Assembly: GCA_965220965.1 (NCBI GenBank)
Contig: OZ244852.1
Coordinates: forward strand, 2,496,001 to 2,560,000
Length of the DNA stretch: 64,000 bases
Source: Candidatus Marinacidobacterium sp.
GTDB taxonomy: Bacteria; Acidobacteriota; Vicinamibacteria; Marinacidobacterales; Marinacidobacteraceae
Reading direction: 5' to 3'
Position numbers and translations under genes: made by a program. How positions within the stretch are numbered: the first letter of the stretch is position 1; every line of letters begins with the position of its first letter. Below are positions 1-9,790 of this stretch, piece after piece. The notes below the pieces were generated by a model, which was given only the letters and a program-made list of their open reading frames with translations, did not search any database and was not told the DNA's origin.

Positions 1-8
1 CCGAGTCC

Positions 9-668
9 ATGGGTGACGGCATCGTGAACCCGACGGGGCTGGCGTGGGGTCCGGACGACACGCTTTATGTCTCCTCCCGGGAAGAGGGCTGCGTCTATCG
101 CATGGCGGATGACGGCGGGTTCCACGTTCTGGCCGACGAACTCGGTTGCGCCACCGGAATCGGGTTCTCCCAGACGGGAGAACTCGTGATCGGGGACCGC
201 GACGGGACGCTCTACCGGGTGGACCTGCGGGGCGATGTGGGGGTGTTTTCCCACCTTCGGCCCTCGGTCTCCGCCTACCACCTGGCCTTCGACTCCACGG
301 GATCCCTGTTCGTCTCCGGCCCCACCCTCTCCTCGCGCGACCAGATCGTCGAGTTCAACCCTTCCGGTCAGCCCTGCCGGATCCATTCCGGGTTCGGGCG
401 GCCCCAGGGCATCGCTTTCGACGCGCAGGACACCTGTTTCGTCGCCGAGGGGCTGGCGGGGGACGCCGGGATCTTCCGGTTCACCGACAGCGGCGCCCGG
501 CGCGTGATCAGCGGTCCGCCGCTGGTGGGAGTGGCTCTCCACCTCCCGAGGAAGACGATGGCGGTGGCGACATCCGACGCCATCTACGAATTCGACATCG
601 ACGCCGCGCTGAGCGGCGAACGGGACGAGGACGAGGAAGCCGCCGGCGAGTGGGTCGCGGGGCGGTGA
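9..668 (+). CDS. NHL/SMP-30 (gluconolactonase-like) beta-propeller protein, probably 5'-truncated by the window edge
   Basis: Repeated propeller-blade motifs NPTGLAWGPDDTLYVS, ATGIGFS, AYHLAFDSTGSLFVS, RPQGIAFD; the stop overlaps the next GTG (GTGA). Confidence 0.7.
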   Translation: MGDGIVNPTGLAWGPDDTLYVSSREEGCVYRMADDGGFHVLADELGCATGIGFSQTGELVIGDRDGTLYRVDLRGDVGVFSHLRPSVSAYHLAFDSTGSLFVSGPTLSSRDQIVEFNPSGQPCRIHSGFGRPQGIAFDAQDTCFVAEGLAGDAGIFRFTDSGARRVISGPPLVGVALHLPRKTMAVATSDAIYEFDIDAALSGERDEDEEAAGEWVAGR

Positions 669-2191
669 GGTTCCCGAGAGGACCCGGGGCGACGGCCGGG
701 ACGGCTCTGGTCGCCATCCTCGCTGCGTCTGCGTCGTCGGCGCAGGACCTGCGCGCCCGGGTCGAGGCGTTCGTCGCGGAGAACCAGCGGAGGCTGGTCG
801 GCGAGCTTGTCGAGGCGGTCTCGATTCCCTCGGTCGCCGCCGATGCCCCGAACGTCCGCCGCAAGGCGAACTTCCTCGCTGACGCTTTCCGGAAGCGCGG
901 GTTCGACGCCGAGCTTCTCGAGACCGACGGAAACCCGCTTGTTTTCGCCGAACGGTCCCCTGCGGATCCTGAACGCACGCTGCTGCTCTATTTCCATTAC
1001 GACGGCCAGCCGGTCGACCCGAGCCGGTGGGAACAGGAGCATCCCTTCCAACCGGTTCTCCGCAACGGGCGCCTCGCCGACGGGGCGGACCTCGTGGAGT
1101 TCGAATCGCGCGCGACCTTCGCCCCCGACGACCGGATCTACGCCCGTTCGGTCGCGGACGACACGGCTCCGATTCTGGCGCTGCTCGCGGCGGTCGAGGC
1201 GCTCGAGACCGCAGGCATCGAGCTCTCGAGCCGGATCCGGGTCGTCCTCGACGGAGAGGAAGAGGCGGGTTCTCCCAACCTGGTCCCGGCGATCGCGCGC
1301 TACCGGGACCGGTTTGCTTCGGACGCCATGCTCATCCTCGACGGCCCGCTCCACCAGAGCGGCCGACCCACGATCAGCTTCGGCGCCCGCGGGATCCTGA
1401 CGCTGGAGCTCGAGGTTTTTGGTCCCCGGGCGCCGCTTCACAGCGGTCACTTTGGAAACTGGGCGCCGAACCCGGCGGTCCGGCTGGCGCAGCTGATCGC
1501 GTCGATGAAGGACGAGGATGGGCGGGTGACGATTCCGGGGTTCTATGACGGAATCGGGTTCACCGCCGAGGAGCGCGCCGCGCTCGACGCCGTGCCCGAC
1601 GACCTTCCGGCGCTGCGGCGCTCGCTCGGCTTCGCCGCCGCCGACCGGGTCGGCGAGTCGCTCCAGGAGGCGATCCAGTTTCCTTCCCTGAATGTGCGCG
1701 GACTGAGCAGCGCCTGGGTGGGGGCCGACGCCCGTACGATCGTTCCGGCGACCGCCACCGCCGCGCTGGACATCCGTCTGGTGGCCGAGACTCCGGCGGA
1801 TGTCCTGTTCGACAAGGTTCGCGCCTTCATCGAGGGCCAGGGCTGGTTCCTTCTCGACCGTGATCCCACCGACGCCGAACGGGAGGAGCATCCCCGGCTC
1901 GCCCGGCTCACCCGGAGCGCCGGGACGAACGCGTTCCGCACCCGCATGGACCACCCGGTCGCCGCCCGGCTCGCCGGGGCGCTCGCCGAGGCCTGGGGCG
2001 AACTCCCGGTTCGCAAGCGCACGAGCGGCGGCACGGTGCCCATCGCTCCCTTCGTGGAGGCGCTGGGAGTTCCCGCTCTCATGGTCCCGACCGTGAATCC
2101 CGACAACAACCAGCACAGCCCGAACGAGAACCTCCGCCTCGGCCACTTCTTCGACTCCATCGTCACGATCGCCGCCATCCTGACGATGTGA
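665..2191 (+). CDS. M20/M25/M40 family metallopeptidase with signal peptide
   Basis: HYDGQP, ARSVADD, GEEE, LHSGHFG and NNQHSPNEN motifs; GTG at 665 is coupled to the upstream stop. Confidence 0.88.
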   Translation: MRFPRGPGATAGTALVAILAASASSAQDLRARVEAFVAENQRRLVGELVEAVSIPSVAADAPNVRRKANFLADAFRKRGFDAELLETDGNPLVFAERSPADPERTLLLYFHYDGQPVDPSRWEQEHPFQPVLRNGRLADGADLVEFESRATFAPDDRIYARSVADDTAPILALLAAVEALETAGIELSSRIRVVLDGEEEAGSPNLVPAIARYRDRFASDAMLILDGPLHQSGRPTISFGARGILTLELEVFGPRAPLHSGHFGNWAPNPAVRLAQLIASMKDEDGRVTIPGFYDGIGFTAEERAALDAVPDDLPALRRSLGFAAADRVGESLQEAIQFPSLNVRGLSSAWVGADARTIVPATATAALDIRLVAETPADVLFDKVRAFIEGQGWFLLDRDPTDAEREEHPRLARLTRSAGTNAFRTRMDHPVAARLAGALAEAWGELPVRKRTSGGTVPIAPFVEALGVPALMVPTVNPDNNQHSPNENLRLGHFFDSIVTIAAILTM

Positions 2192-3270
2192 ACGTCGTCC
2201 CCGAGCTCCGGATTCCCGGGCCGACCCCCCTCCATCCGGAGGTCGCGGAGGCGCTCCGGCGGCCGATGACCTCGTATCGGGGTCCGGAGATGCGGTCCCT
2301 CCTCACTCGCGTCACCGAGGGTCTCGGCGCATTCCTCGGCGCCCCTGGCCCGCCGATTCTCCTGACGGCCTCGGGGACCGGGGCGATGGAGGCCACGCTC
2401 GCCAACCTGCTGTCGCCCGGAGACCGCGCGCTCGGTCTCGGCGGCGGGGTCTTCGCCGAGCGCTATCTCCAGGTCGCGGCCGCTCTCGGTCTCGACGCCG
2501 CCACGCTGGACACCGCCTGGGGCTCGCCCGCCGACCCCGACGCCCTCGCCCGCGCGCTGAAGAAGCGCCCCGATACCCGGGCCGTTCTGCTGACGCACTC
2601 CGAGACCTCGACCGGCGTCCTCCACCCGCTCGCCGATCTGATCCGCGCCGCCCGCGGCGCGAACGATCCGCTGGTGCTGGTGGACGCGGTCTCCAGCCTG
2701 GGCGCGACGCCGGTCGAAATCGCCGCGTGTGACGCGGTCTTCACCGGCTCCCAGAAAGCGTGGGGGCTCCCCCCGGGGATGGCCTTTGTCTGGACCTCCG
2801 CGCGCGCCGAAGCCGCGGAGCGCGAAGCCCGGCTTCCGCGCTTCTACTGGGACTTCGGGCGTTACCGCGAGGCGCAGGGGCGGGGTTCGTTCCCGTTCAC
2901 TCCCGCGCTCCCGGTCCTGTTCGCGATGGAGGCCGGGATCCGGCTCTTCCTCGAGGAGGGCCGTGACGGGGTGTTCGCGCGCCACGCGGCCTCGGCGGCC
3001 GCCGCCCGCGACGGACTACGGGGCCTCGGGCTGCGCCTCGTCGCTCCCGACGCGCACGCCTCCCCTACGGTCACCGCCGCGTGGCTCCCGGAAGGGGTCG
3101 ACTGGCCCGCACTCTCCGGAAGGCTGCGCGACGAGCACGGGCTCGCGCTCGGCGGAGGGCTCGGACGTCTGAGCGGCCGCGTCCTCCGCCTCGGCCACCT
3201 CGGCTGGATCCGGCCCGCCGATGTGGAGCGCGCGGTCAGCGCCGTCGGGGACTGCCTGCGGGCGCCCTGA
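2188..3270 (+). CDS. Class V PLP aminotransferase (alanine-glyoxylate/serine-pyruvate family)
   Basis: IPGPTP, SGTGAMEA, HSETSTG, VDAVSS, GSQKA (PLP lysine), RLGHLG. Confidence 0.9.
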   Translation: MNVVPELRIPGPTPLHPEVAEALRRPMTSYRGPEMRSLLTRVTEGLGAFLGAPGPPILLTASGTGAMEATLANLLSPGDRALGLGGGVFAERYLQVAAALGLDAATLDTAWGSPADPDALARALKKRPDTRAVLLTHSETSTGVLHPLADLIRAARGANDPLVLVDAVSSLGATPVEIAACDAVFTGSQKAWGLPPGMAFVWTSARAEAAEREARLPRFYWDFGRYREAQGRGSFPFTPALPVLFAMEAGIRLFLEEGRDGVFARHAASAAAARDGLRGLGLRLVAPDAHASPTVTAAWLPEGVDWPALSGRLRDEHGLALGGGLGRLSGRVLRLGHLGWIRPADVERAVSAVGDCLRAP

Positions 3271-4261
3271 CCGCCTCGCTTCCGCCGCCCGCTTCCAGAC
3301 CGAGGAAACCGGCGATGTCGCTTCGCCTCTCCCGGAACACCTCGTCGGCGTAGCGGTGAAGCGCGGCGCCCGTATCCGAGTCATCGAACCGGATCAGGGC
3401 CGGCGATTCGAAGGAGAGATGGAGAAACCGCTCTCCGGCCTCTTCGCCAAGGATGCCCCGAAGCGTCTCCAGCGTGGAAAGGCCCTGGAGGTTGATCTGG
3501 AGCTCGAGTAGCCGTTCGACCCGCCAGCGGGTCGCGAGCCCCCACCCGGTCGCGCGCAGCCAGAGGCGGTGGAGCAGCCCCGGGGGCGCGCCCCCGTAGT
3601 AGTTGGCGCTCCGGCCTGAGCCAACCGAGAAGATCCGAATGGATTCGCGTGGCCCACCGCAGAGCGCGTGCGCTTCCGAGAAGGCCACGAGCGCCGGGTT
3701 GTAGGCCCAGAATCCGCCGTCGGCCAGGAGCCGCCCTCCGATCCGGCGGGAGGGGTCGAAGTAGGTCGGCGCGGCGCACGCGATCACCACCGCATCCACC
3801 AGCCGGGTCGGTTCGTTCCGCCCGTCGGCCCAGGACCGGAACAGCCGGGTCGTCCCGCGCTCGATGTCGGCCGCAGTGATCAGCAGCGGCGCCTTCACCT
3901 CATCGAGACCGATGTCCGGCAGCGTCTGCTCGAGCAGCCTGGCGAGCGTCTCGAGGTCGTAGCGGCTGACGAACAGGCCGAGCCGCGACCGGCGGCTCCT
4001 CGGGAAGACCTTCGCGCCGTGACGCTCGTAGAAGCGCACAAGCTCTGAAGCGGACATCCCGCTGGCGAGCGCCGCCGCCATGATGGCGCCGGTGCTCGTG
4101 CCCGCGAGGAGCCGGAACCGCGAAGTCCAGTCGACGCCCCACGCCTGTTCGATCTGCTCGAGGAGGCGGGCGGCGAACAGCGCCCGGTAGCCGCCGCCCT
4201 CGAGCGCAAGAATCAGGAAGGGCCGGTCACCGCCCATCGGCGCCTGGATCACCGAAGCCAC
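3236..4261 (-). CDS. Patatin-like phospholipase (CapV-like)
   Basis: ILALEGGGYRALF glycine loop, GTSTG nucleophile, AAPTYF, DGGFWAYNP catalytic Asp motif. Confidence 0.88.
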   Translation of the reverse strand: MASVIQAPMGGDRPFLILALEGGGYRALFAARLLEQIEQAWGVDWTSRFRLLAGTSTGAIMAAALASGMSASELVRFYERHGAKVFPRSRRSRLGLFVSRYDLETLARLLEQTLPDIGLDEVKAPLLITAADIERGTTRLFRSWADGRNEPTRLVDAVVIACAAPTYFDPSRRIGGRLLADGGFWAYNPALVAFSEAHALCGGPRESIRIFSVGSGRSANYYGGAPPGLLHRLWLRATGWGLATRWRVERLLELQINLQGLSTLETLRGILGEEAGERFLHLSFESPALIRFDDSDTGAALHRYADEVFRERRSDIAGFLGLEAGGGSEAVRAPAGSPRRR

Positions 4262-4373
4262 TCCCCCTTTCCCGCTTCGCCGATCCTACTCCGCCAACGG
4301 GCGGGCGGCGTCGTGATGGCCGGGGCTCGGCTCAGCCGCCCATCTCCCCGCGACGCGGGGTCTGACGCAGGGT

Positions 4374-4579
4374 CCAACAGCCCGTTGACAAAGTCCCGCG
4401 GCGTTCGAGCGGCGATGGCCCCCACCGGGAGGACTGGCCCCGCCCGAACCACGCCCCTTCGGGGCGCTCATCGTTGCGTTTCGCTCGGAATATTCCCGAT
4501 ATTCCTCCCTCACGCGCCTTGTCGGCCGGGCGCCTCACCGCTCTCGGCGCTGCACGCGACTTTATCGACGGACTGCTAG
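4374..4579. mobile_element. MITE-like element of about 206 bp with terminal inverted repeats
   Basis: Left end CCAACAGCCCGTTGACAAAGTC (4374-4395) matches the reverse complement of the right end (CTAGCAGTCCGTCGATAAAGTC, 4558-4579) at 17 of 22 positions. Imperfect complementarity continues inward, the right end is CTAG, and there is no credible ORF. Confidence 0.6.
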
Positions 4580-5556
4580 GGAAGCTCGCCGTCGAGCTCC
4601 AGATAGACCCGGCGGAGCGCCGTCTCCCGCTGGCTGTCCCGCAGCGACCACGTCTCGAGGTCCCCGAAGTCCGCCTGCGCGACCGCCTCGTCGGCGGAGA
4701 GGCCCAGCTCGTGGAGCCGGGTCGCTTCGGCGATCACGATCTCGAGCGCCCGGATCGCCTCGTCCAGTTCCTCGCGCAGTCGTTCCGGGCTGTCCACGAA
4801 GCCGTGTCCGGGAACCGGGATGTCCGCGCCCAGCTCCTTCGCGCGGCGCAGCATCGCGACCCACTCGGTGGGATACGCCGACCGCATCGCGGGAAACACC
4901 CGGTGGAGGTACGCCTCGCTCAGGAACAGCACCCCTTCCTCGGGCAGATGGACGACCAGGTCGCCGCCAGTGTGGGCGCGACCCAGGAAGAGGACTTCGA
5001 TCTGACGGCCCCCCATCTCGAAGCCCATCTGCTCTTCAACGAGTGTCCCAGGCATTGGGAGATCGGGGATCCGCTCCGTCATCCCCTGCATGGCGGCGAG
5101 CGACGTCGGATGTACCAGGTACTCCACGCCCTCCGGGAAAGCGCTGTTCCCGGCGGTGTGGTCGCCGTGGTCGGAGCAGACCACCACGGTCGTGATCGGC
5201 TGGTCGGTGACTTCGCCGATCTTCTCCACCATGAGGGCGGTCTCCTCGACGTTGCCCTGCCCGTCGGCGACGAGCACGCCTTCGTCGGTGACGACGAACA
5301 GGCTCACCGTGGTGAACAGTTCCTCCCCCGCGGCGCGAAGCTGCTCGTAGGAGTAGACGCCGGGGGCGAGTTCCTGGATGCGGGGGAAGTCCGTCTCGGC
5401 GAGTCCGCGCTGGAAGGGGTCCGCGGTGCGGACCGGCCCGGCCTCTTCGGCGGGAGCGGCCACATCCGGCTCCGGCGCGCCCCCGCCGCAGGCGGCGAAG
5501 AGGCCGGCGCCCGCGGCCAGCCAGAAGCGTTGACTCCATGTTCCCGCCATCGTCAT
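4576..5556 (-). CDS. MBL-fold metallo-hydrolase, predicted lipoprotein
   Basis: SDHGDHTAGN variant of HxHxDH, RAHTGGD, VPGHG; lipobox FAAC. Confidence 0.85.
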   Translation of the reverse strand: MTMAGTWSQRFWLAAGAGLFAACGGGAPEPDVAAPAEEAGPVRTADPFQRGLAETDFPRIQELAPGVYSYEQLRAAGEELFTTVSLFVVTDEGVLVADGQGNVEETALMVEKIGEVTDQPITTVVVCSDHGDHTAGNSAFPEGVEYLVHPTSLAAMQGMTERIPDLPMPGTLVEEQMGFEMGGRQIEVLFLGRAHTGGDLVVHLPEEGVLFLSEAYLHRVFPAMRSAYPTEWVAMLRRAKELGADIPVPGHGFVDSPERLREELDEAIRALEIVIAEATRLHELGLSADEAVAQADFGDLETWSLRDSQRETALRRVYLELDGELP

Positions 5557-5672
5557 CGGCGTCCTCCCGTGGGCCGCTCTGCGGCCTCGGGGCGGATCGT
5601 ATTCGCCCCGTGCGCCGCGACGCGCGTACGATGGTGCGTTCCCCCGCCTCCTTCCGCAAGGGAGATCCCACG

Positions 5673-8120
5673 ATGCGCACCCGCCTTGCCCTTCTTGCCG
5701 CCGCGCTGGCGTTCTTCGCCTCGGCCGGTTTCGCCCAGGAGGGCTACCAGACCCCTCCGGCGGAGCTCGCCCGCATCGCCGATGCGTCGCCCACGCCCGC
5801 GATTTCGGTGTCTCCGGGCGCTGACCTCGCGGCGCTGTTCCACCGGGCGAGCACGGTTCCGCTGGCGGAGCTGTCGCGCGAGGAGCTGCGGATCGCCGGA
5901 CTCAGGATCGACCCGGCCCGCAACGCCCAGAGTCGCCGCCGCTTCTTCCACGGGATCGAGCTGGTGCGGATGGACGGAGCCGAGGGTCCCGCGGTGACCG
6001 GGCTTCCGGAAGAGCTCCAGGGAGATCACGCCCGCTGGTCCCCCGACGGCGCCCGTCTCGCGTTCACGCACACCGACGGTTTCGGCGTGGAGCTGTGGAT
6101 CCTCGAAGCGGCGACCGGGGCGGCCTCGCGGCTGGCCTCGGGGGTCAACGCGATCTTCCGGAACTCGCCGTTCGAGTGGCTCTCGGACAGCGAGACGCTG
6201 GCGGTCCGGGTCGTGGATACCGGGCGCGGAACCCCGCCGAGGGCCCCGACCGTGCCCGAGACCCCGGTGATCCAGGAATCCACCGGACGGGTCTCCCCGG
6301 CGCGCACCTACCAGGACCTCCTCACGAGCCCGCATGACAACGCGCTGTTCCGGCACTACGGGCAGACCCGGGCGCTGCTCATCACCTTGGCGAACGAGCG
6401 CACCGAGATCGCCGGTCCCGGGATCATCCAGCGGTTCGAACCCTCGCCGGACGGCATGTTCTTCCTGATCTCCGAGGTCCGGGAGCCGTTCTCCTGGCTC
6501 GTGCCTTACACGCGGTTCCCGCACCGCATCGAGGTTCGGGACCGGCAGGGCGCCGTGGTCCGCCAGATCGCGGATCTTCCGCTACAGGAGCAGGTCCCCA
6601 TCCACCGCGACTCCGCCCCCTCCGGCGCCCGGTCCGTCGCCTGGCGCGGGGACATGGACGCATCGGTCGTGTGGACCGAGGCGCGTGACGGCGGGGATCC
6701 CGCCACCGAGACGCAGACCCGGGACGAGCTCCTCCAGCTCGCCGCTCCGTTCGAGGGGGATCCCGAGTCGCTGCTCCAGGTCCCGTTGCGATTGAACGCC
6801 GCCATCTTCGGCGGCGGCCGGGGCGTGGCGATCACCCGCTGGTGGACCGACCGCTCCGAGCAGATCTGGCGGATCCCGGCGGCCGGCGAAGCGACCCTCG
6901 CCTTCGACACCTCCTACGAGGATCGATATGCGGCGCCGGGGATGCCGATGATCTCCCGCAACGAGCGGGGCGCGCGGGTGATGCTCACCTCGTCGGACGG
7001 CTCGAAGGCCTACCTCACTGCAGAGGGCGCGTCGCCGGAGGGCAACCGGCCGTTCGTGGATGAGTGGGATCTGGAGACCGGCGAGACCCGTCGGCTGTTC
7101 CGGTCGGAGGCAGATTCCTACGAGACGCCGCTCGCGCTTCTGGACCCGGACGCCGGCGTGCTGCTGACCCGGAAGGAGACCCGTGAGGTCCCGCCGAACT
7201 ACTTCGTGCGCGATCTCTCCGGTGGAGAGGCGGTCGCCCTCACCGACCTCCCGCACCCCTATCCGGACCTTCAGGGCGCCGGGCGCGAGCTCATCCGCTA
7301 CGCCCGCGCGGACGGCGTTCAACTGACTGCGCTGCTCCACACTCCTCCGGGATACGACCAGGCCACCGACGGCCGGTTGCCGCTGCTCGTCTGGGCCTAT
7401 CCCCGCGAGTACAAGAGCGCCGCCGCCGCCGCCCAGGTCCGCGACTCGCCGCAGCGGTTCAGCTTCGTGAGCTGGGGTTCGGCGCTCTACTGGCTGACCC
7501 AGGGGTTCGCGGTCATGGAGAACGCGACCATGCCGATCATCGGCGAAGGCGATGCGGAGCCGAACGACAGCTACGTCGAGCAGCTCGTCTCCAGCGCCCA
7601 GGCGGCGGTGGACGAGGCGGTGCGGCGCGGCGTCGCGGATCCCGACCGGACCGCCATCGCCGGCCACTCCTACGGAGCCTTCATGACCGCCAACCTGCTC
7701 GCCCACTCGGACATCTTCCGGGCCGGGATCGCGCGGAGCGGCGCCTTCAACCGCAGCCTGACGCCCTTCGGGTTCCAGAGCGAGCAGCGCACGTTCTGGC
7801 AAGCGCCGGAGATCTACTTCCGGATGTCGCCGTTCATGCACGCGCACCAGGTGAACGAGCCGATCCTGCTGATCCACGGGGCCGCCGACAACAACTCGGG
7901 GACCTTCCCGGTCCAGAGCCAGCGATTCTTCCATGCGCTGAAGGGTCACGGCGCGGTTGCGCGGCTCGTCATGTTCCCCCACGAGAGCCACGGCTATGCC
8001 GCCCGCGAGTCGGTGATGCACACCCTCTGGGAGCAGAACGAGTGGCTCGAGCGCTACGTGAAGAACGCCGCGCCCCGCGGCGAGACGACCGACAGCCAGC
8101 AGTCCGGCGGTTCACGGTAA
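5673..8120 (+). CDS. S9 prolyl oligopeptidase family serine peptidase, exported
   Basis: Signal peptide MRTRLALLAAALAFFASAGFA; GHSYG, HGAADNN and ESHGY catalytic triad motifs; N-terminal propeller. Confidence 0.92.
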   Translation: MRTRLALLAAALAFFASAGFAQEGYQTPPAELARIADASPTPAISVSPGADLAALFHRASTVPLAELSREELRIAGLRIDPARNAQSRRRFFHGIELVRMDGAEGPAVTGLPEELQGDHARWSPDGARLAFTHTDGFGVELWILEAATGAASRLASGVNAIFRNSPFEWLSDSETLAVRVVDTGRGTPPRAPTVPETPVIQESTGRVSPARTYQDLLTSPHDNALFRHYGQTRALLITLANERTEIAGPGIIQRFEPSPDGMFFLISEVREPFSWLVPYTRFPHRIEVRDRQGAVVRQIADLPLQEQVPIHRDSAPSGARSVAWRGDMDASVVWTEARDGGDPATETQTRDELLQLAAPFEGDPESLLQVPLRLNAAIFGGGRGVAITRWWTDRSEQIWRIPAAGEATLAFDTSYEDRYAAPGMPMISRNERGARVMLTSSDGSKAYLTAEGASPEGNRPFVDEWDLETGETRRLFRSEADSYETPLALLDPDAGVLLTRKETREVPPNYFVRDLSGGEAVALTDLPHPYPDLQGAGRELIRYARADGVQLTALLHTPPGYDQATDGRLPLLVWAYPREYKSAAAAAQVRDSPQRFSFVSWGSALYWLTQGFAVMENATMPIIGEGDAEPNDSYVEQLVSSAQAAVDEAVRRGVADPDRTAIAGHSYGAFMTANLLAHSDIFRAGIARSGAFNRSLTPFGFQSEQRTFWQAPEIYFRMSPFMHAHQVNEPILLIHGAADNNSGTFPVQSQRFFHALKGHGAVARLVMFPHESHGYAARESVMHTLWEQNEWLERYVKNAAPRGETTDSQQSGGSR

Positions 8121-8170
8121 GTCACCGGCCGTTCTTCCTCCGTTCCTGCGACTCGGATAGGTTCTCCGGC

Positions 8171-9739
8171 ATGAACCCGAACCGCCGCGACTTCCTTCGG
8201 ACCTCGGCCGGCGCCGGCCTGGCGCTTCCCTTCGTTCGCTCCGCGCCCGTGCTGGGCCAGCCGCAGGTCTTCGCCCACGGCGTGGCGAGCGGCGACCCGC
8301 AGCGGTCCCAGGTGCTGCTGTGGACCCGCGTCTCCGGCGCCGGCGGAGACACCGTTTCGGTCGGCTGGCAGGTCGCGCTGGACGAGGACTTCCGTGAAGT
8401 CGTCGCCGAAGGGACGACCCGGACCGGGCCGGAGCGCGACCACACGGTCAAGGCGCTCGCGACCGGGCTTCGGCCGGGGACGACCTACCGCTACCGCTTC
8501 GAGGCGCTCGGGGAGCGCTCGCCGGTGGGCCGGACGAAGACGCTGGCGCGGGATCCGAACCGCGTGCGGCTGGCCTTCGTCTCCTGCTCGAACCTGCCGT
8601 TCGGCTACTTCAACGTGTATCGGCGCATCGCCGAACGCGACGACCTCGACGCAGTGCTCCACCTCGGGGATTACCTCTACGAGTATGCGAACAGCGGCTA
8701 TGGCGACGGGACGCGCTTCACGCCGTCGCGGGCGTCGTTCCCCGACAAGGAGATCACCGTCCTCGCCGACTACCGCGCCCGCCACGCCCAGTACAAGTCG
8801 GACCCGGATCTCCAGGAGGTCCACCGGCTCCATCCGTTCATCACTGTCTGGGACGACCACGAAATCACGAACAACGCCTGGACCGACGGGGCGCAGAACC
8901 ACCAGGTGGAAGACGAGGAGGGCGACTGGTTCGTGCGCCGCGAGGCGGCGGTGCGCGCCTACTTCGAGTGGATGCCGATCCGCGAGCCGGAGCCCTGGCC
9001 CAGCCAGCGGACCTGGCGGAGCTTCCGGTTCGGGCGGCTGCTCGACCTCATCATGCTCGACACGCGCCTCCTCGGGCGGTCGCGGCAGGCGGAGTGGGGA
9101 GATCTCGAAGGGATGCGCCACCCGGGCCGAACGCTGCTCGGGCCCCGGCAGGAGGCCTGGCTCTACGACGAACTGCTGGCCGCCAAGTCGGTCCGCTGGC
9201 GGGTGCTCGGCCAGCAGGTCATGATGGGTCCGGCGCTCGACGCCGACCGGAACCCCGAAAACCCGGACCAGTGGGACGGCTACCAGGCGAGCCGCAACCG
9301 GCTGTTCGACTTCCTCGAGCGCGAGCGGCTCGGGAACCTCGTCGTGCTGACCGGGGACGTCCACCAGTCGTGGGGGATGGACCTTCCCCGCGACCCGTTC
9401 TCCGGCTACGACGCGGACACCGGCGCCGGGTCCTACGGCGTCGACTTCGTGACCACCGCGGTGTCCTCACCGAGTTCGATCATGCGGCGGCTGGGGACCG
9501 AGGAGGCGGTCGCCGCGGAGGTTCGGGCGATCCTGGGGAACAACCCGCACGCGAAGTTCGGGGAGGCCTTCCACCGGGGGTACTGCCTGCTCGATCTGCA
9601 GCCGGACCGCGTTCGCAACGACTGGTTCTTCGTGCCGACCATCGAAGAGCGCACCGGCCAGGAGCGCTGGGCCGCCGGGATCCTCGTCGGAGACGGGACC
9701 CAGCACGGCGTCCGCGCCGAGGCCGCCCCGGCGGACTGA
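8171..9739 (+). CDS. phoD: Alkaline phosphatase D, Tat-exported
   Basis: NRRDFL twin-arginine signal; HGVASGDP, HLGDYLYE, WDDHE, DQWDGY, LTGDVH. Confidence 0.93.
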   Translation: MNPNRRDFLRTSAGAGLALPFVRSAPVLGQPQVFAHGVASGDPQRSQVLLWTRVSGAGGDTVSVGWQVALDEDFREVVAEGTTRTGPERDHTVKALATGLRPGTTYRYRFEALGERSPVGRTKTLARDPNRVRLAFVSCSNLPFGYFNVYRRIAERDDLDAVLHLGDYLYEYANSGYGDGTRFTPSRASFPDKEITVLADYRARHAQYKSDPDLQEVHRLHPFITVWDDHEITNNAWTDGAQNHQVEDEEGDWFVRREAAVRAYFEWMPIREPEPWPSQRTWRSFRFGRLLDLIMLDTRLLGRSRQAEWGDLEGMRHPGRTLLGPRQEAWLYDELLAAKSVRWRVLGQQVMMGPALDADRNPENPDQWDGYQASRNRLFDFLERERLGNLVVLTGDVHQSWGMDLPRDPFSGYDADTGAGSYGVDFVTTAVSSPSSIMRRLGTEEAVAAEVRAILGNNPHAKFGEAFHRGYCLLDLQPDRVRNDWFFVPTIEERTGQERWAAGILVGDGTQHGVRAEAAPAD

Positions 9740-9790
9740 TCGGGGCGCGCCAACGCCCCTGCGGGAGGGAGGGGAACCCCGGCGACCGCG

